From: an uncultured Phycisphaerales bacterium
Lineage (GTDB): Bacteria > Planctomycetota > Phycisphaerae > Tepidisphaerales > Tepidisphaeraceae
Direction of reading: 5' to 3'
DNA length: 64,000 bases
NCBI GenBank assembly: GCA_963755915.1
Contig: CAVWLP010000002.1
Coordinates: 1,824,001-1,888,000 of the forward strand
The position numbers were made by a program, and so were the translations under genes. Positions 1 to 11,791 of this stretch are shown one piece after another. The notes beneath the pieces are model-generated. The model searched no databases. It was not told the DNA's origin and worked only from the letters and a program-made list of their open reading frames with translations. Each line of letters begins with the position of its first letter. Position 1 is the first letter of the stretch.

Positions 1-1500
<1,500 letters not shown>

Positions 1501-3185
1501 TCAGGCTCGGCGTCGGCGTCGCATGAGGCCAAACGCCCCGATGCCCAGGAGGGCAATCGACCCAGGCTCGGGGACGGAGGTAATAATCACCGCATTGCCG
1601 GAATCTCCGACGTTGGGACCTCCGATAAACGTGTAATCCACATCCACGGCGAGATAGTCGTCGCTAAGCGAGCTCTTCAAATAGTCGTTGTTGCTGCCCA
1701 GAGGATTCCAAATGAAGTCGTTGACCACCGCTGGTTCACCGTCAATGTTGACAGTGTCGCTGTCGTCGGGAGTGCTGCTGGCAGAGGTGGAGAGAACCAG
1801 TTGCGGACTGGTGTCGCCCGGCTGCCAGAGGAGTATCGCCTCGGTGGCATCGGCGGCCGACGTTCCCTGCGGCCCGAGCAATGCCGGAAACGCGACCGCG
1901 CCGTTTGAATTCACATCGGGATACCAGTCATCGGCGCTTTCCTGAAGAGAGATGATTGGCAGGCTCGGCTCCGACGGGTCTACCGCCAAGGCGGTGTTTG
2001 GGATCGGACCCGATGCCGGCGCTTCGGAGGCGATTGTCGCCGCCACCGTGCTGGGAACCGCGAGGTTTCCATATTGAATCGTATCGGTGGGCGTATTGGG
2101 TAATCCCGGAATCATCGCGGCGAACTGTCCGTTGGGGGTTAACTGTCCGTAAAACGGATTGCTCCCCGACACCTGTGAAAACTCGTTGGCGATGATCGAT
2201 CTGGGGGCTCCGCCTCCGACGCTCAGTACCACGTTTTCTTTGTTCGTGGTGGTGTCGTGGACCTCGATGACCACTGCCTGATTCAAGCCATTGACACCGC
2301 TGGTGTATCCGACGATGGGCTGGGGTATCTGGTTGATGGGGAGGGTATAGTTCGCTCCGAGAGAAATTGGCGTCGCCGATCCCCCACCTGTTGGGATCAG
2401 ATAGACATTGGGCGTGCTTCCCGAGAATAAAACGGCGGCGCTGGAACCATCGGCGCCCTCGCCCATGCGGTAATCGTCGTCGATGTTCTGAGTGACGCCG
2501 GCGGTGGGGCTGGTAAAGACGGTGGTGGGCGGCGGGGTCGATTGCCCGTACTGAATTACATTCTGAGACGACTTTGTGACCGCGGGGAACAACACATTGC
2601 TTGACGTGTTGACCTGATACTGGAAGTTTCCGGAGGAGTCGTCCGCCACCTGCTGATAACCCGCAATGTCGTTCTGGAAGGCGACATCGCTGGTGTTGCC
2701 GGATAAGGTGTCATATTGCAGGACACCCTGGTCGCTGGTCGCGTCCTGCAATTCGCCATAGAAAGTCAAAACCGGGTCGAGGGAGTTTCCGGAAATGGCA
2801 ATGTTCGCAAATTCACTGAACTGATTTCCCCCCGAAGATTGTTGCGACGGCGTGAATCCCGTGACCGTATAATTTTGCCCATCGAGGGCGACGGAGGTTG
2901 AATAACCCAAAAGTCCCGGCGTCGAATAGAGCACGGCCGGGTCCTCGCCGTTGACGTTAAAGATCGCGCCGAGATGCCAACGTCCCCCTGGTTGTTAACG
3001 GCGATCTGCCCAACACCGAGGAGGGTGTCGCCGCCGATGTCGACGGTGTCGCCTACATTGGTGACGGTGGTGAAGGTGAAAGGGGGAGCCGCCAGTGCGA
3101 CGCCGGCAATTCCCACAACACCGGCAACCACAAGACGAGTAACCGCGTCACAAGCCCCACCGCCGACAATCCATCGCCTTTTCAT
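1501..3185 (-). CDS. PEP-CTERM exosortase-sorted surface protein (frameshift near 2950 joins ORFs 2766-3185 and 1501-2934)
   Basis: N-terminal signal peptide; C-terminal VPEPGSIALLGIGAFGLMRRRRRA; NxxG-type repeats (NNQGDVGI, VNSNGAVAF). Confidence 0.88.
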
Positions 3186-3543
3186 GATTCTGCCCTCCGG
3201 TTCCGAGTGATCCGTTCCTTGACTTGACTGGCAACCGCCATTTTATGCAGCCGATCGGCGATTTCCACCTAAAAACATAATAATTTTCGCAAACGGAGAT
3301 ACGATTGTCGCAAAAGCAGGAAATCGACACGCAAATTTTGCCTTCCCGGCCTCGGGGGCTTGAATGGCCACAACTGTAATATTATTTTTTTCTAAGCCGG
3401 AGTCGGTATATACGGTTGCGCATTTCGTAGAATTGAGGCGCGTTTACCTTCGGGAACGCCGATCGCCGGACTTGTTGGCGGCGAGGTGTGCTCGAATCAC
3501 GGGCTGGTGAACGCCCGCTTTCCATTACGTTTGTCCCCCCAGA

Positions 3544-3597
3544 CAAGACTTCATGGGCAAGACTTCATGGGCAGGACTTCATGGGCAGGACTTGATG
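3544..3597 (+). repeat. 14-bp tandem repeat (CARGACTTCATGGG, about 3.9 units) spanning the kinase translation start
   Basis: Units start at 3544, 3558, 3572 and 3586, each with an ATG (3553, 3567, 3581, 3595). Confidence 0.95.
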
Positions 3598-6500
3598 TTC
3601 CAGGCCAATCAGCGCGTCGGTGAATACGTGCTCGATAGTCTCGTAGCGCAGACCCCCTATGCGGAGGAGTGGCGCGCGCACCACCATGCCTGGTCAGACC
3701 AGCTTGCGCTGGTGAAAATTCCCACGGATGCGCAGTACGTAAGCAATTTGCAGCAAGAGGGGGTGCGGCTACATCGGCTGGTCCATCCGAACATCCTCTG
3801 CCCGCTGGGGTTCGATCCGAAGGGGCAGCCGCCGTATCTGATCACCGAATTTATCCCCGGGGAAACGCTGCGGCAGTGGATCGCCGGCAAAAAACTCAGC
3901 GTCGATAAATCGGTGAACATTTTGCGCCAGGTGCTGGAAGCGCTGCGTTTCGGACATGAGCGGCAGATCGTTCACGGGGATGTGCGGCCGGAGAACATTC
4001 TGCTGGAGACCAGCGCGGCCGCGGGCGACTTCGCCGCCAGCGGCTCGGTCAAGCTGACCGATTTTGGCGTCGGTCAGGCTGCGACGGCGACGGTCACGCG
4101 CGACGCGGCCGCCAAGGCGCAGCCGCAGCGCGGGTCGCTCGCCTATGTGGCGCCCGAGCAGCGGGACGGGGCTGCGCCGGACGTGAAATCGGATATCTAT
4201 TCCGTTGGCGTCGTGCTTTTTGAAATGCTCACCGGCGAACCGCCGAGCGGCGCCGAGCTTCCCAGCGAATTGAATTCCGATGTTCCTGCATCGCTGGATG
4301 ACACCTTTAAGAAGGCCTATGCCCGCCGCGACCGCCGATTTGAATCGGCGAAGGCGTTCCTCGATGCACTGGCGCCGGGGGTGCGTCACAGCCGGTTTTC
4401 CAGGCGCCGTCGCCGGCGGCTGCGCCGGTTGAAACCGAGCTGAAATTTCGCGAAGCCGATATTCCTGTCGCCCCAGTGGCAGAGACAGTAGAGCCTGAAT
4501 CCGAGGCCGGGGGTGAGCTGAGCCTGAAATCTGACGACGATTATTCACCGCCGGCCTTCGCGTCTGAGGACGAAGCCGCCGCCGAGGCTGCGGAACCCCT
4601 CGCCGACGAACCAGCGCCGGCCACTGACGAGCAGCTTGAGGAGCAACAGGAAGCCGGCGCCGACACGGCGGTTACGCCCGAAGAACAAACGGGGGGCGAG
4701 CCGGTCATCCCGCCGATTCCGCGCGTTACCTCCCGCGCCGATCGCGATGCGCTCTTCGACGAAATCAGCAAAAAGCAGGTCCGCAGCGTGGAGGAATTGC
4801 GAAACGCTCTCAAGGGCTACTTCGAAATCCGCGACATGGACCAGGGCGAATCCGCGAACATCCGCCTCCGGCTGATCCGCTGGGCGAACGCCTTGGCCGG
4901 CGGGAGCGCCGAGGTCGAAAACGGGATTTCGCTCATCAACGCGGCGGCAAGGCCCCTGTACATCGTCAAGCTGCTGATTCGCAGCACCCGCGGCGACGAA
5001 CCGGAGCGATCGCAAACCCTGGAACATCTGATTGCCCCACAGGCGGGGTCGATGCTGCGCTCGGCCGATTACCGTCTCCTCGCCCATTTTTCCTCCGGCG
5101 CGCTCAATGAAAAGCTTCTGGAAACGATCGCCAGCGCGCCGCTGCGGGCCGCCGTCATCAACCTTACGCGCGACAGCCGGCGGGAATTTTTCGGGAGAAT
5201 TCAGCGCGAAGACCTGCTGATCTACCGCGCCAACGTCATCACGGCGGCGTACCGATTTGATAAGAAGAAATATCGGGCGTTCCTGGTGGGCAATGGGTTG
5301 AGCATCGTGTCGGCGGGGGAGCCGTTCACGAAGATTCGGCAGGAGCCGACGAAGCGGGCGGCGACGCTTCTCAATGGGGAGCAGATTCACCAGGGGATGA
5401 AAGAGCTTCGCCGGGCCCTCGACGACTCGCAATGGGAAAGCAAGGCCAACGGAATCCTGGGCGCATGGCGCGGCAAGCTTGCGGCGGCGTATGTCGCGGA
5501 GGCGAAGGCGCAGTTCAAATCGTTCGGGTGGCTGGAAAGCCTGGAATATTCCGCGAAGGCGGGGCAGCTTGTTCCGGGGCAGGAAGACGCGATTCAACAC
5601 GCCCTGCTGGTGCGAAAGCGGATTGGAAATCTTCAGGTTCTGCCTGGAACCTTTATCGCGGTGGTGCTGGTCGGGCTGGCGGTTCTGGTCGGGCTTTTGT
5701 TTCCCGACCAGATCAACCAGGCGACGACGATGAAGGCCAAGTGGATCCAGATCGCGCAAAATCCGCTCCTGGCGGCGGGCGTGGCGGCGTGGATTGCGAC
5801 GCTCTGGTCGGCGTCGGTGCTGAAATCGCGCCTGGCGCGCACGGATTTCGCGTTTTACCAGGCGGCGGTTTTTCCGCTGCTGGTGGCGCTGGCGATCGCG
5901 TTTGTGAATTACAAGAGCCCGGTGCGCGCGTCGATTTGCGGGGCGCTGCTTGTCGCCGTTGTCGTGGCGGACGTGGTGGTGTTTAAGAAGTTTCGGCGAT
6001 ATCTGATCCGGCCTATCGACGAGGGGAGCTTTCCCGGCGATGGGCTGACGGTGCTGAATCGCATTGAGTCGATGCTCAACGAAGACTGGGAGAGGATAAA
6101 GCCGCACTACATGGAGCTGGGGCCGCTGTACAGCTATACGTCGGTTCATGCGGCGGAGGGGGCGATGGGGGAGTTGATGCAGGAGCCGGAAACTTCCGGC
6201 GGGTCGAGCGACGATACTGCCGGGGGCACGGTTACCGGTAGTTGGCATGCGGCGCCGGCGCCGGCCTCGTCGGAGCCGATTGAGACGGGCAATCCGGAAA
6301 TCGACCGGCTGGCGGCGCAGATGAATGCGCGGATTTCGGCGAACCTTCGCGTTCTCGCGCCGGCGGCGCGAGTGCTCATGACGCTGTTCGGGGAATACAC
6401 GAAGGCGGTGAACAATCACCAGATCGGGATGGCGCAGTCGAACGCGGCGAAGATCGAGCAGAAGGGGAAGGACCTGGCGGCGAAGCTGGCGGATTTTGAC

Positions 6501-6728
6501 CGGCTGTGCCGGTCGCCGTTGACATTGAATGCGGGGGATGCCGCGGACCTGGCGAAAGAGGCTGGGGAGCGGCTGGCGGCGCGCAGCGAGGATCCGGACG
6601 TGCAGCTTTTGAAATCGCTGGCGGATCGGGCGAAGGATTTTCGAAACGACCAGGTTGGGGCGGCTTCGGACATCGCGGCGATTGCTTCGGAAGTGGATGC
6701 TGCGGTGGAGCGGCTGAAGAAGGGGTGA
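3595..6728 (+). CDS. Membrane-associated Ser/Thr protein kinase with a long C-terminal region (ORFs 3553-4443 and 4476-6728 joined by a frameshift in the G run at about 4376-4381)
   Basis: LVKIP, HGDVRPENILL, LTDFG, YVAPEQ and SDIYSVG motifs. The shifted frame GASQPVFQAPS... runs into the 4476 ORF, which has an acidic linker and about 4 hydrophobic helices. Confidence 0.85.
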
Positions 6729-6765
6729 GGGGCGAAAAAAAGTCCTCGCGGCTGATTGAGTTTGG

Positions 6766-7002
6766 TTGGGGCTTCTAACGATCGAGGATCCGCGTGTGGC
6801 CACTTCATATGCGATTGAAGCGATCCGGGTGTTCGACCATCTGCATTTCAGATCCAATATGGAAGAGGCTTCGACCACGAAGGACAACAACATCCTGACC
6901 CTGCAAAAGCCAACGGCGATCAGCGGCAAGCCGGCGTGGTTTGAAGATTATTATATTGCGGGGAGCCAGAAGGAAAAGGATAGGCTGTTGTTTTCGCATT
7001 GA
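6766..7002 (+). pseudogene. Probable orphan C-terminal fragment of a phospholipase D-like protein
   Basis: IEDPRVATSYAIEAIRVFDHLHFR...W..YY...DRLLF resembles, from memory, the tail of bacterial PLD-domain proteins. No HKD motif and no credible start. Confidence 0.45.
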
Positions 7003-7722
7003 GTGGGGGCAGGTGATTCGGGGGCGCGACGCGCTCGCCTTTTGGGTTGGGGGGAAATGGTAGCAGGCGCGATGCCGAGTCGCGACCTGATATGGGGGAC
7101 TCAAGTTACAGCCGGTCGGTGCATGGCGCATGGCCATGTCAGCCAAGGTTTGAAGCTCGCCGCGCGTCGTTCCGCTGGCGGCCTGAATGGATAAGCCGTG
7201 GACCAGCGCGGTAATGAACCGGGCCAAATCCGCGGCGCTGACGGTGCGGGCAAGATCGCCCTGGGCCTGGGCCCGCTGCAATCGATTGCGGATGGCGGTT
7301 TCTGTGGCCAGGCGGCGGGCGACGATCTCGCGGCGGACGGGGTCGGTTGCGTCGCCGCAGGGCGGAACGCCCTGCATCAGCAGGCAACCGCGCGGGTGAT
7401 TCCTGTCCGACAGGAATTGGACGGCCCCGCGGAAAATGTGCCGGATGACCTGCGTGGCAGTGGGCTTGCGGAGGGCGACGGCGATGAAAGTGGCCTCGCC
7501 GCGGGCGTAGCGATCGAGAACGCGGCGAAAAAGCTGCTCCTTATTTCCAAACGCGGCGTAGAGGCTGGGGCGATTGATGCCCATGGCCCGGGTCAAATCG
7601 GGCAGCGACGCGGATTCATAGCCTTTGCGCCAAAAGACTTCCATGGCCCGCTGAAGGGCGCGCTCGGGGTCGAACTGGCGCGGACGGCCTATTTGTTTTG
7701 GCGAGGCCCGTCTGAGTTTCAT
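6805..7722 (-). CDS. TetR/AcrR-family transcriptional regulator (true C-terminus probably near 7105)
   Basis: GRPRQFD...AMEVFWRKGYESASLPDLTRAMGINRPSLYAAFGNKEQLF HTH; GCLL motif; divergent from the SDR gene. Confidence 0.9.
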   Translation of the reverse strand: MKLRRASPKQIGRPRQFDPERALQRAMEVFWRKGYESASLPDLTRAMGINRPSLYAAFGNKEQLFRRVLDRYARGEATFIAVALRKPTATQVIRHIFRGAVQFLSDRNHPRGCLLMQGVPPCGDATDPVRREIVARRLATETAIRNRLQRAQAQGDLARTVSAADLARFITALVHGLSIQAASGTTRGELQTLADMAMRHAPTGCNLSPPYQVATRHRACYHFPPTQKASASRPRITCPHSMRKQQPILFLLAPRNIIIFKPRRLAADRRWLLQGQDVVVLRGRSLFHIGSEMQMVEHPDRFNRI

Positions 7723-7801
7723 ACCAGTTAGTACAATAATCCACTTGACAAAGTTCGTCCACCGGAAATAGTGTTGGGGGTATATTTTTTACCGATCGGT
7801 A
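7722..7801. promoter_or_regulatory. Divergent promoter region with probable TetR operators
   Basis: Perfect palindrome TACCGATCGGTA at 7790-7801, imperfect copy TACCAGTTAGTA at 7722-7733, and TTGACA at 7745-7750. Confidence 0.65.
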
Positions 7802-7825
7802 CATAACTCATTCAAGGAGATCGAT

Positions 7826-8578
7826 ATGGCCGGGAAACTGGAAGGAAAAGTGGCGGTGGTGACGGGGGCATCGAAGGGGATCGGCGCGGCGATCGCGGTG
7901 CAACTGGCGCGGGAGGGGGCGGCGGTCGTCGTGAATTACAGCTCGAGCAAAGAGGCTGCCGATGGCGTGGTGGCTGAGATCAAGGGTCTGGACCGGAAGG
8001 CGATCGCGGTGCAGGCGAGCATCGCCAATGAGAGCGACGTGAAGAGGCTGTTTGCGGAGACGAAGAAGGCGTTTGGGAGGCTCGATATCCTGGTGAACAA
8101 TGCTGGGATTTACGAGTTTGTGCCGCTGGAAAATGTCACGGCCGAGCATTTCCACAAGCTGTTTGATCTCAACGTGCTGGGGCTGTTGCTGGCGTCGCGG
8201 GAGGCTTGCAAACTGATCGGCCCTGAGGGCGGGAGCATCGTGAACATTTCCTCGGTGGTCTCGACGCTGGGCGTGCCGAGCGGCAGCGTGTACAGCGCGA
8301 CGAAGGCGGCAGTGGACGCGGTGACGCGCTCGCTGGCGAAGGAATTCGGTCCGCGCAAAATCCGGGTGAACTCGATTAATCCCGGCATGGTTGAAACCGA
8401 CGGGCTCAAAGCGGCGGGGATGCAGGAAAGCGACTTCCGCAAGATGGTGGAAGCGCAGACGCCGCTGGGGAGAATCGGGCAGCCGCGGGATGTTGCGCCG
8501 GCGGTGGTGTTTCTGGCGTCGCCGGATGCGGATTGGATTACGGGGGAGACGCTGTTTATCAGCGGGGGGTATCGGTAA
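7826..8578 (+). CDS. Short-chain dehydrogenase/reductase (glucose 1-dehydrogenase/FabG-like)
   Basis: TGASKGIG, NNAG and YSATK motifs; AAGGAG RBS. Confidence 0.95.
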   Translation: MAGKLEGKVAVVTGASKGIGAAIAVQLAREGAAVVVNYSSSKEAADGVVAEIKGLDRKAIAVQASIANESDVKRLFAETKKAFGRLDILVNNAGIYEFVPLENVTAEHFHKLFDLNVLGLLLASREACKLIGPEGGSIVNISSVVSTLGVPSGSVYSATKAAVDAVTRSLAKEFGPRKIRVNSINPGMVETDGLKAAGMQESDFRKMVEAQTPLGRIGQPRDVAPAVVFLASPDADWITGETLFISGGYR

Positions 8579-8585
8579 ACGGGAC

Positions 8586-8616
8586 GCGCACCCCTGCGGG
8601 GTTGCGGCTAAACGGG
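8586..8616 (+). repeat. REP-like repeat family E (GCGCACCCCTGCGGGGTTGCGGCTAAACGGG)
   Basis: 31-bp exact copy at 50934-50964; variants near 12634-12660 and 52048-52076. Confidence 0.85.
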
Positions 8617-8674
8617 AGTGCGGATCATAAAGTTCGCTTCGTTTGAATCCGATTCTTTATGAGCATACGCTTAG

Positions 8675-9724
8675 TTGATGAGTACCGTTGCGCCACCGCC
8701 GACGAATCTGACTGCTGCCGCCGCGGCGGTGCTGGCGCCGGCGAAGGTTAATGAATACAACCGGCTGCACCTGGATTATCGGCAGCCGATGCCGCGGCCG
8801 AAAGTTCGCGGGGCGGTGATTGATTATCACACACATCTGATTGCGGCCCGGCATGCGAAAGTTTGGTTTGAAACGGCGGATCATTACGGCATTGACGCGT
8901 TTGTGACGATGGCGCCGCTTGAAGAGGCGCTGGTGCTTCAGCGGGAGTGGCCGGGGAAGATTCAGTTCATTGCGGTGCCCTCGTGGCAGAATCCGTCGAT
9001 CGACGACTGGCTGCGCCGGCTGGAGATGTTTTACAACATGGGGGCGCGGATCATTAAGTTTCACATGGCGCCGGGGACGATCGCGATGCGGAAAATCCGA
9101 TTGGATTCGCCGGCGCTGCGGCCGGTGATCAAGGAGGCGGCCGATCGGGGGATGATCCTGATGAGCCATGTGGGGGATCCGGATACCTGGTACAACGGGA
9201 AGTATGCGGATGCCGCCAAGTATGGCACGCGCGAGGATCATTACGCGATGTGGGAGTGGGCGCTGGAGGAATATCGCGATCGGCCGTGGGTGGGGGCGCA
9301 CATGGGGGGAAATCCGGAGAATCTGCCGCGGCTTCAGAGATTGCTGGACAAGTTTCCGAATCTTTATTTGGACAACAGCGCTACCCGCTGGATGGTGCGG
9401 GAGCTGAGCGCGCGGCGGGATGCGGCGCGGGATTTCGTTATCCGTAACAGCGATCGGATTCTGTTTGGCACGGACCAGGTGAGCGGGGATGACCGGGGGT
9501 TTGATTTTCTGGCGAGCAGGTTTTGGGCGCACCGGAAGTTGTGGGAGACGGCTTATAATGGGCGGAGCCCGATTTTTGATCCGGATTTATCGGAGGAGAA
9601 TCAACCGATGCTGCGGGGGATGGCGCTGCCGGATGATGTACTGCAGAAGATTTATCATGATAACGTGGTGAAATTACTGGGGAGGGTGGGGATTGGAGTT
9701 GGGGATAGAGGGTTTGAGCAGTAG
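8675..9724 (+). CDS. Amidohydrolase family (Amidohydro_2-like) protein
   Basis: IDYHTH, HVGDP, GAHMGG and ILFGTD metal-binding motifs. Confidence 0.9.
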   Translation: MMSTVAPPPTNLTAAAAAVLAPAKVNEYNRLHLDYRQPMPRPKVRGAVIDYHTHLIAARHAKVWFETADHYGIDAFVTMAPLEEALVLQREWPGKIQFIAVPSWQNPSIDDWLRRLEMFYNMGARIIKFHMAPGTIAMRKIRLDSPALRPVIKEAADRGMILMSHVGDPDTWYNGKYADAAKYGTREDHYAMWEWALEEYRDRPWVGAHMGGNPENLPRLQRLLDKFPNLYLDNSATRWMVRELSARRDAARDFVIRNSDRILFGTDQVSGDDRGFDFLASRFWAHRKLWETAYNGRSPIFDPDLSEENQPMLRGMALPDDVLQKIYHDNVVKLLGRVGIGVGDRGFEQ

Positions 9725-9743
9725 AAAACTTTTCCGGTTTCGA

Positions 9744-9782
9744 CCCCCTCCAACCCTCCCCCCGGAGTACCGGGGGTGGGGG
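9744..9782 (+). repeat. REP-like palindromic repeat family A (CCCTCCCCCGGAGTACCGGGGG core)
   Basis: Hairpin CCCCCGG-AGTA-CCGGGGG; further copies at 18435, 20521, 54712, 57616 and a split copy at 60553/61965. Confidence 0.88.
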
Positions 9783-9805
9783 CAAGTGGCAAGTGGGGGT
9801 AAGAC

Positions 9806-10054
9806 TCACTCTTCGGGCTCTTCCATCGGTTGCGACTGGATGGCGCCGTCTTCGGCTTTTGAAAGCAGGTCGATCTGTTTTTCGGCTGCGCCGAGGACTG
9901 CGCGGCAATGCTGGATCAGAAATGTTCCGCGCTCGTAGCGGGAGAGGCTTTCTTCAAGCCCCACCTGGCCGCCTTCGAGGTCGGCGAGGATTTTTTCCAG
10001 TTCGGCGATGGCTTCTTCAAACGATTTGGGCAGTGGCTGATTCTTCTTTCCCAT
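9806..10054 (-). CDS. xseB: Exodeoxyribonuclease VII small subunit
   Basis: SFEEAIAELEKILADLEGGQVGLEESLSRYERG signature. Confidence 0.95.
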   Translation of the reverse strand: MGKKNQPLPKSFEEAIAELEKILADLEGGQVGLEESLSRYERGTFLIQHCRAVLGAAEKQIDLLSKAEDGAIQSQPMEEPEE

Positions 10055-10086
10055 CGGGTAAGATTATAGCGGATGGAGGTGCGGGC

Positions 10087-10242
10087 TTATTGTTCGGCGT
10101 TGGAATGAGGGAAATGGATGGGCGAGGCGCCCTGGAGAGGCCCGTAGGAGGGGGTGGCGGGGCTTTGGGCCATGGCCAGAAGCTTGGCATAGGCGGCCAG
10201 ACCAAAGAGAATGGCCATCGCAATGACAAAGGTCAATCGCAT
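10087..10242 (-). CDS. Small hypothetical membrane or secreted peptide
   Basis: AGGAGG RBS before MRLTFVIAMAILFGLAAYA (hydrophobic N-terminus). Confidence 0.45.
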   Translation of the reverse strand: MRLTFVIAMAILFGLAAYAKLLAMAQSPATPSYGPLQGASPIHFPHSNAEQ

Positions 10243-10467
10243 GTTCGCCTCCTGGCGATTTGAGCCCTGCACCCTGACCAAATTCTCAAACGCGGCTGGA
10301 GGTCTATTATTTCATGAGTGCCTGGGTTTCGGAAACATTATTTTCGGATGGCATTAAAAATATAAAGTCATATGCCTAAAGTGCTTGCAGTAGATTCGCC
10401 CCAGGTTAACGAAGTGAAACGGGGCAATATTTGGCTCCGATCTGCGTTAAACAAGTGACGATCGGAG

Positions 10468-11067
10468 TTGTGGATGGACGCGCGCGTGCCACCAGAAGAT
10501 ACAACTCCGGTCAGCGATGAGTCGCTCGTGAGGCGGTTGCTCACCGGCGATGAATGGGCAGGCGAAGACCTCGCCAGGCGGCATTGCTCGTCGCTTTTGC
10601 GGTATCTTCAGCGGCTGGTTCGATCGGAACAGCTTGCCGAGGAATTGCATCAGCAGACGTGGACCAGCGTGCTGGAGAGCCTGGATAAGTTTGATCTGAC
10701 CTCCGGCGCGGGTGGGTTTAAAGCCTGGCTGTATCGCATCGCGACGAACAAGGCGCACGACCATTGGCGGTCGCAGGGCAGGGAAAAAAAGGTCAAGGAA
10801 GGGCTTCGACTTATCACGGACGAGTTGGCTCCGGACGCCGCCCATCGAATCGAAGGCGTCGAGGCCGAGGCAAAGCTGCGGGCGGCAATCGAATTGCTGC
10901 CTGACAATCAGAAGGAGATACTTCTTCTGAGATATTACGCGAACCTGAGGTTCGTGGAGATCGCCCAGATGCTGGGTTGCCCGCTGAACACGGCGCTGGG
11001 AAGAATGCACAAGGCAATGATCCGTCTGCGGCAGCTTCTGGCCGAGCCGATGGAGACAAAAAGCTGA
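10468..11067 (+). CDS. ECF sigma-70 factor
   Basis: AEELHQQTW, FKAWLYRIATN (region 2) and EIAQMLGCPLNTALGRMHKA (region 4). Confidence 0.93.
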   Translation: MWMDARVPPEDTTPVSDESLVRRLLTGDEWAGEDLARRHCSSLLRYLQRLVRSEQLAEELHQQTWTSVLESLDKFDLTSGAGGFKAWLYRIATNKAHDHWRSQGREKKVKEGLRLITDELAPDAAHRIEGVEAEAKLRAAIELLPDNQKEILLLRYYANLRFVEIAQMLGCPLNTALGRMHKAMIRLRQLLAEPMETKS

Positions 11068-11098
11068 GAATGAATTGAAGCCCCAATGAATTGAAGTC

Positions 11099-11791
11099 AT
11101 GAAGAGCTATCTGCAACAACTCGAAAACAACGAAGCGATCCTGCTGATGTACCTGGCGGATGAGCTTCCTCCGGACGATCGGCAGGAAGTGGAGCAGATG
11201 CTGGCGTCGGATCCGAGCCTGCGGGCGGAGCTGGAGATTTTGCGGCAGACGCAGGAGCTGGCGTTCGACGCGCTGCGATCACTGGATGGGATGACGCGGC
11301 CGGTGATGATGCCGATGGCGGCGCAGCGGCGGGTGGGGGATCTGATCCGGCGATGGATCAATATCCACTACAAGCCGGCGGACGAGCTGGTAAGCAGCAG
11401 CCGGCAGTTGCCGTGGCGGCGCATCGGGGTTGCTATCGCGGCTTCGCTGATGATCGGGTTCTATATCTATACGGTCTATAACCAGAAACTAGGGCCCGAG
11501 GGCGGTGGTTCGAACCAGCCCGCGTTTAACGGGCCGAATGATCCGTTCGCGGACAATGAGCTGCCGACTTTGCCGCAGCATCGGGATCTGACTTCGGAGG
11601 AAAAACTGGCGCTGCTTTCGATTCCGCTGGATGATTCCGCGACTGACGAGTCGAATCTTCACGTGGCCGAAGTGGCATCGGTGACGCCCGCGGACGCTGA
11701 TTTCTCCAGTGACGGCAGCCGCGTCATCGATAATCATGCGGGCGATAATCATGCGGGCGATTCAAACAACAGCAATGTGGGGCAGCCATGA
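11099..11791 (+). CDS. Putative transmembrane anti-sigma factor
   Basis: Follows the ECF gene; N-terminal YLADELPPDDRQEVEQML ASD-like helix; single TM (IGVAIAASLMIGFYIY); 15-bp tandem duplication (DNHAG x2) near the C-terminus. Confidence 0.8.
   Translation: MKSYLQQLENNEAILLMYLADELPPDDRQEVEQMLASDPSLRAELEILRQTQELAFDALRSLDGMTRPVMMPMAAQRRVGDLIRRWINIHYKPADELVSSSRQLPWRRIGVAIAASLMIGFYIYTVYNQKLGPEGGGSNQPAFNGPNDPFADNELPTLPQHRDLTSEEKLALLSIPLDDSATDESNLHVAEVASVTPADADFSSDGSRVIDNHAGDNHAGDSNNSNVGQP

Noticed and set aside
3544-3597. CRISPR array
   Set aside because: Repeats are contiguous with no spacers; no cas genes or repeat-spacer arrays anywhere in the window.
4545-6929. Long antisense or alternate-frame ORFs (4545-6929, 15724-16959, 23992-25176, 30364-31539, 37997-39160, 49229-50404 and similar)
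   Set aside because: Shadow ORFs of real genes in high-GC DNA; Arg/Pro/His-rich and without motifs.
11069-11096. 12-bp direct repeat AATGAATTGAAG before the anti-sigma start as a regulatory site
   Set aside because: Only two copies and no other support; probably a local duplication like the 15-bp one at about 11729-11760.
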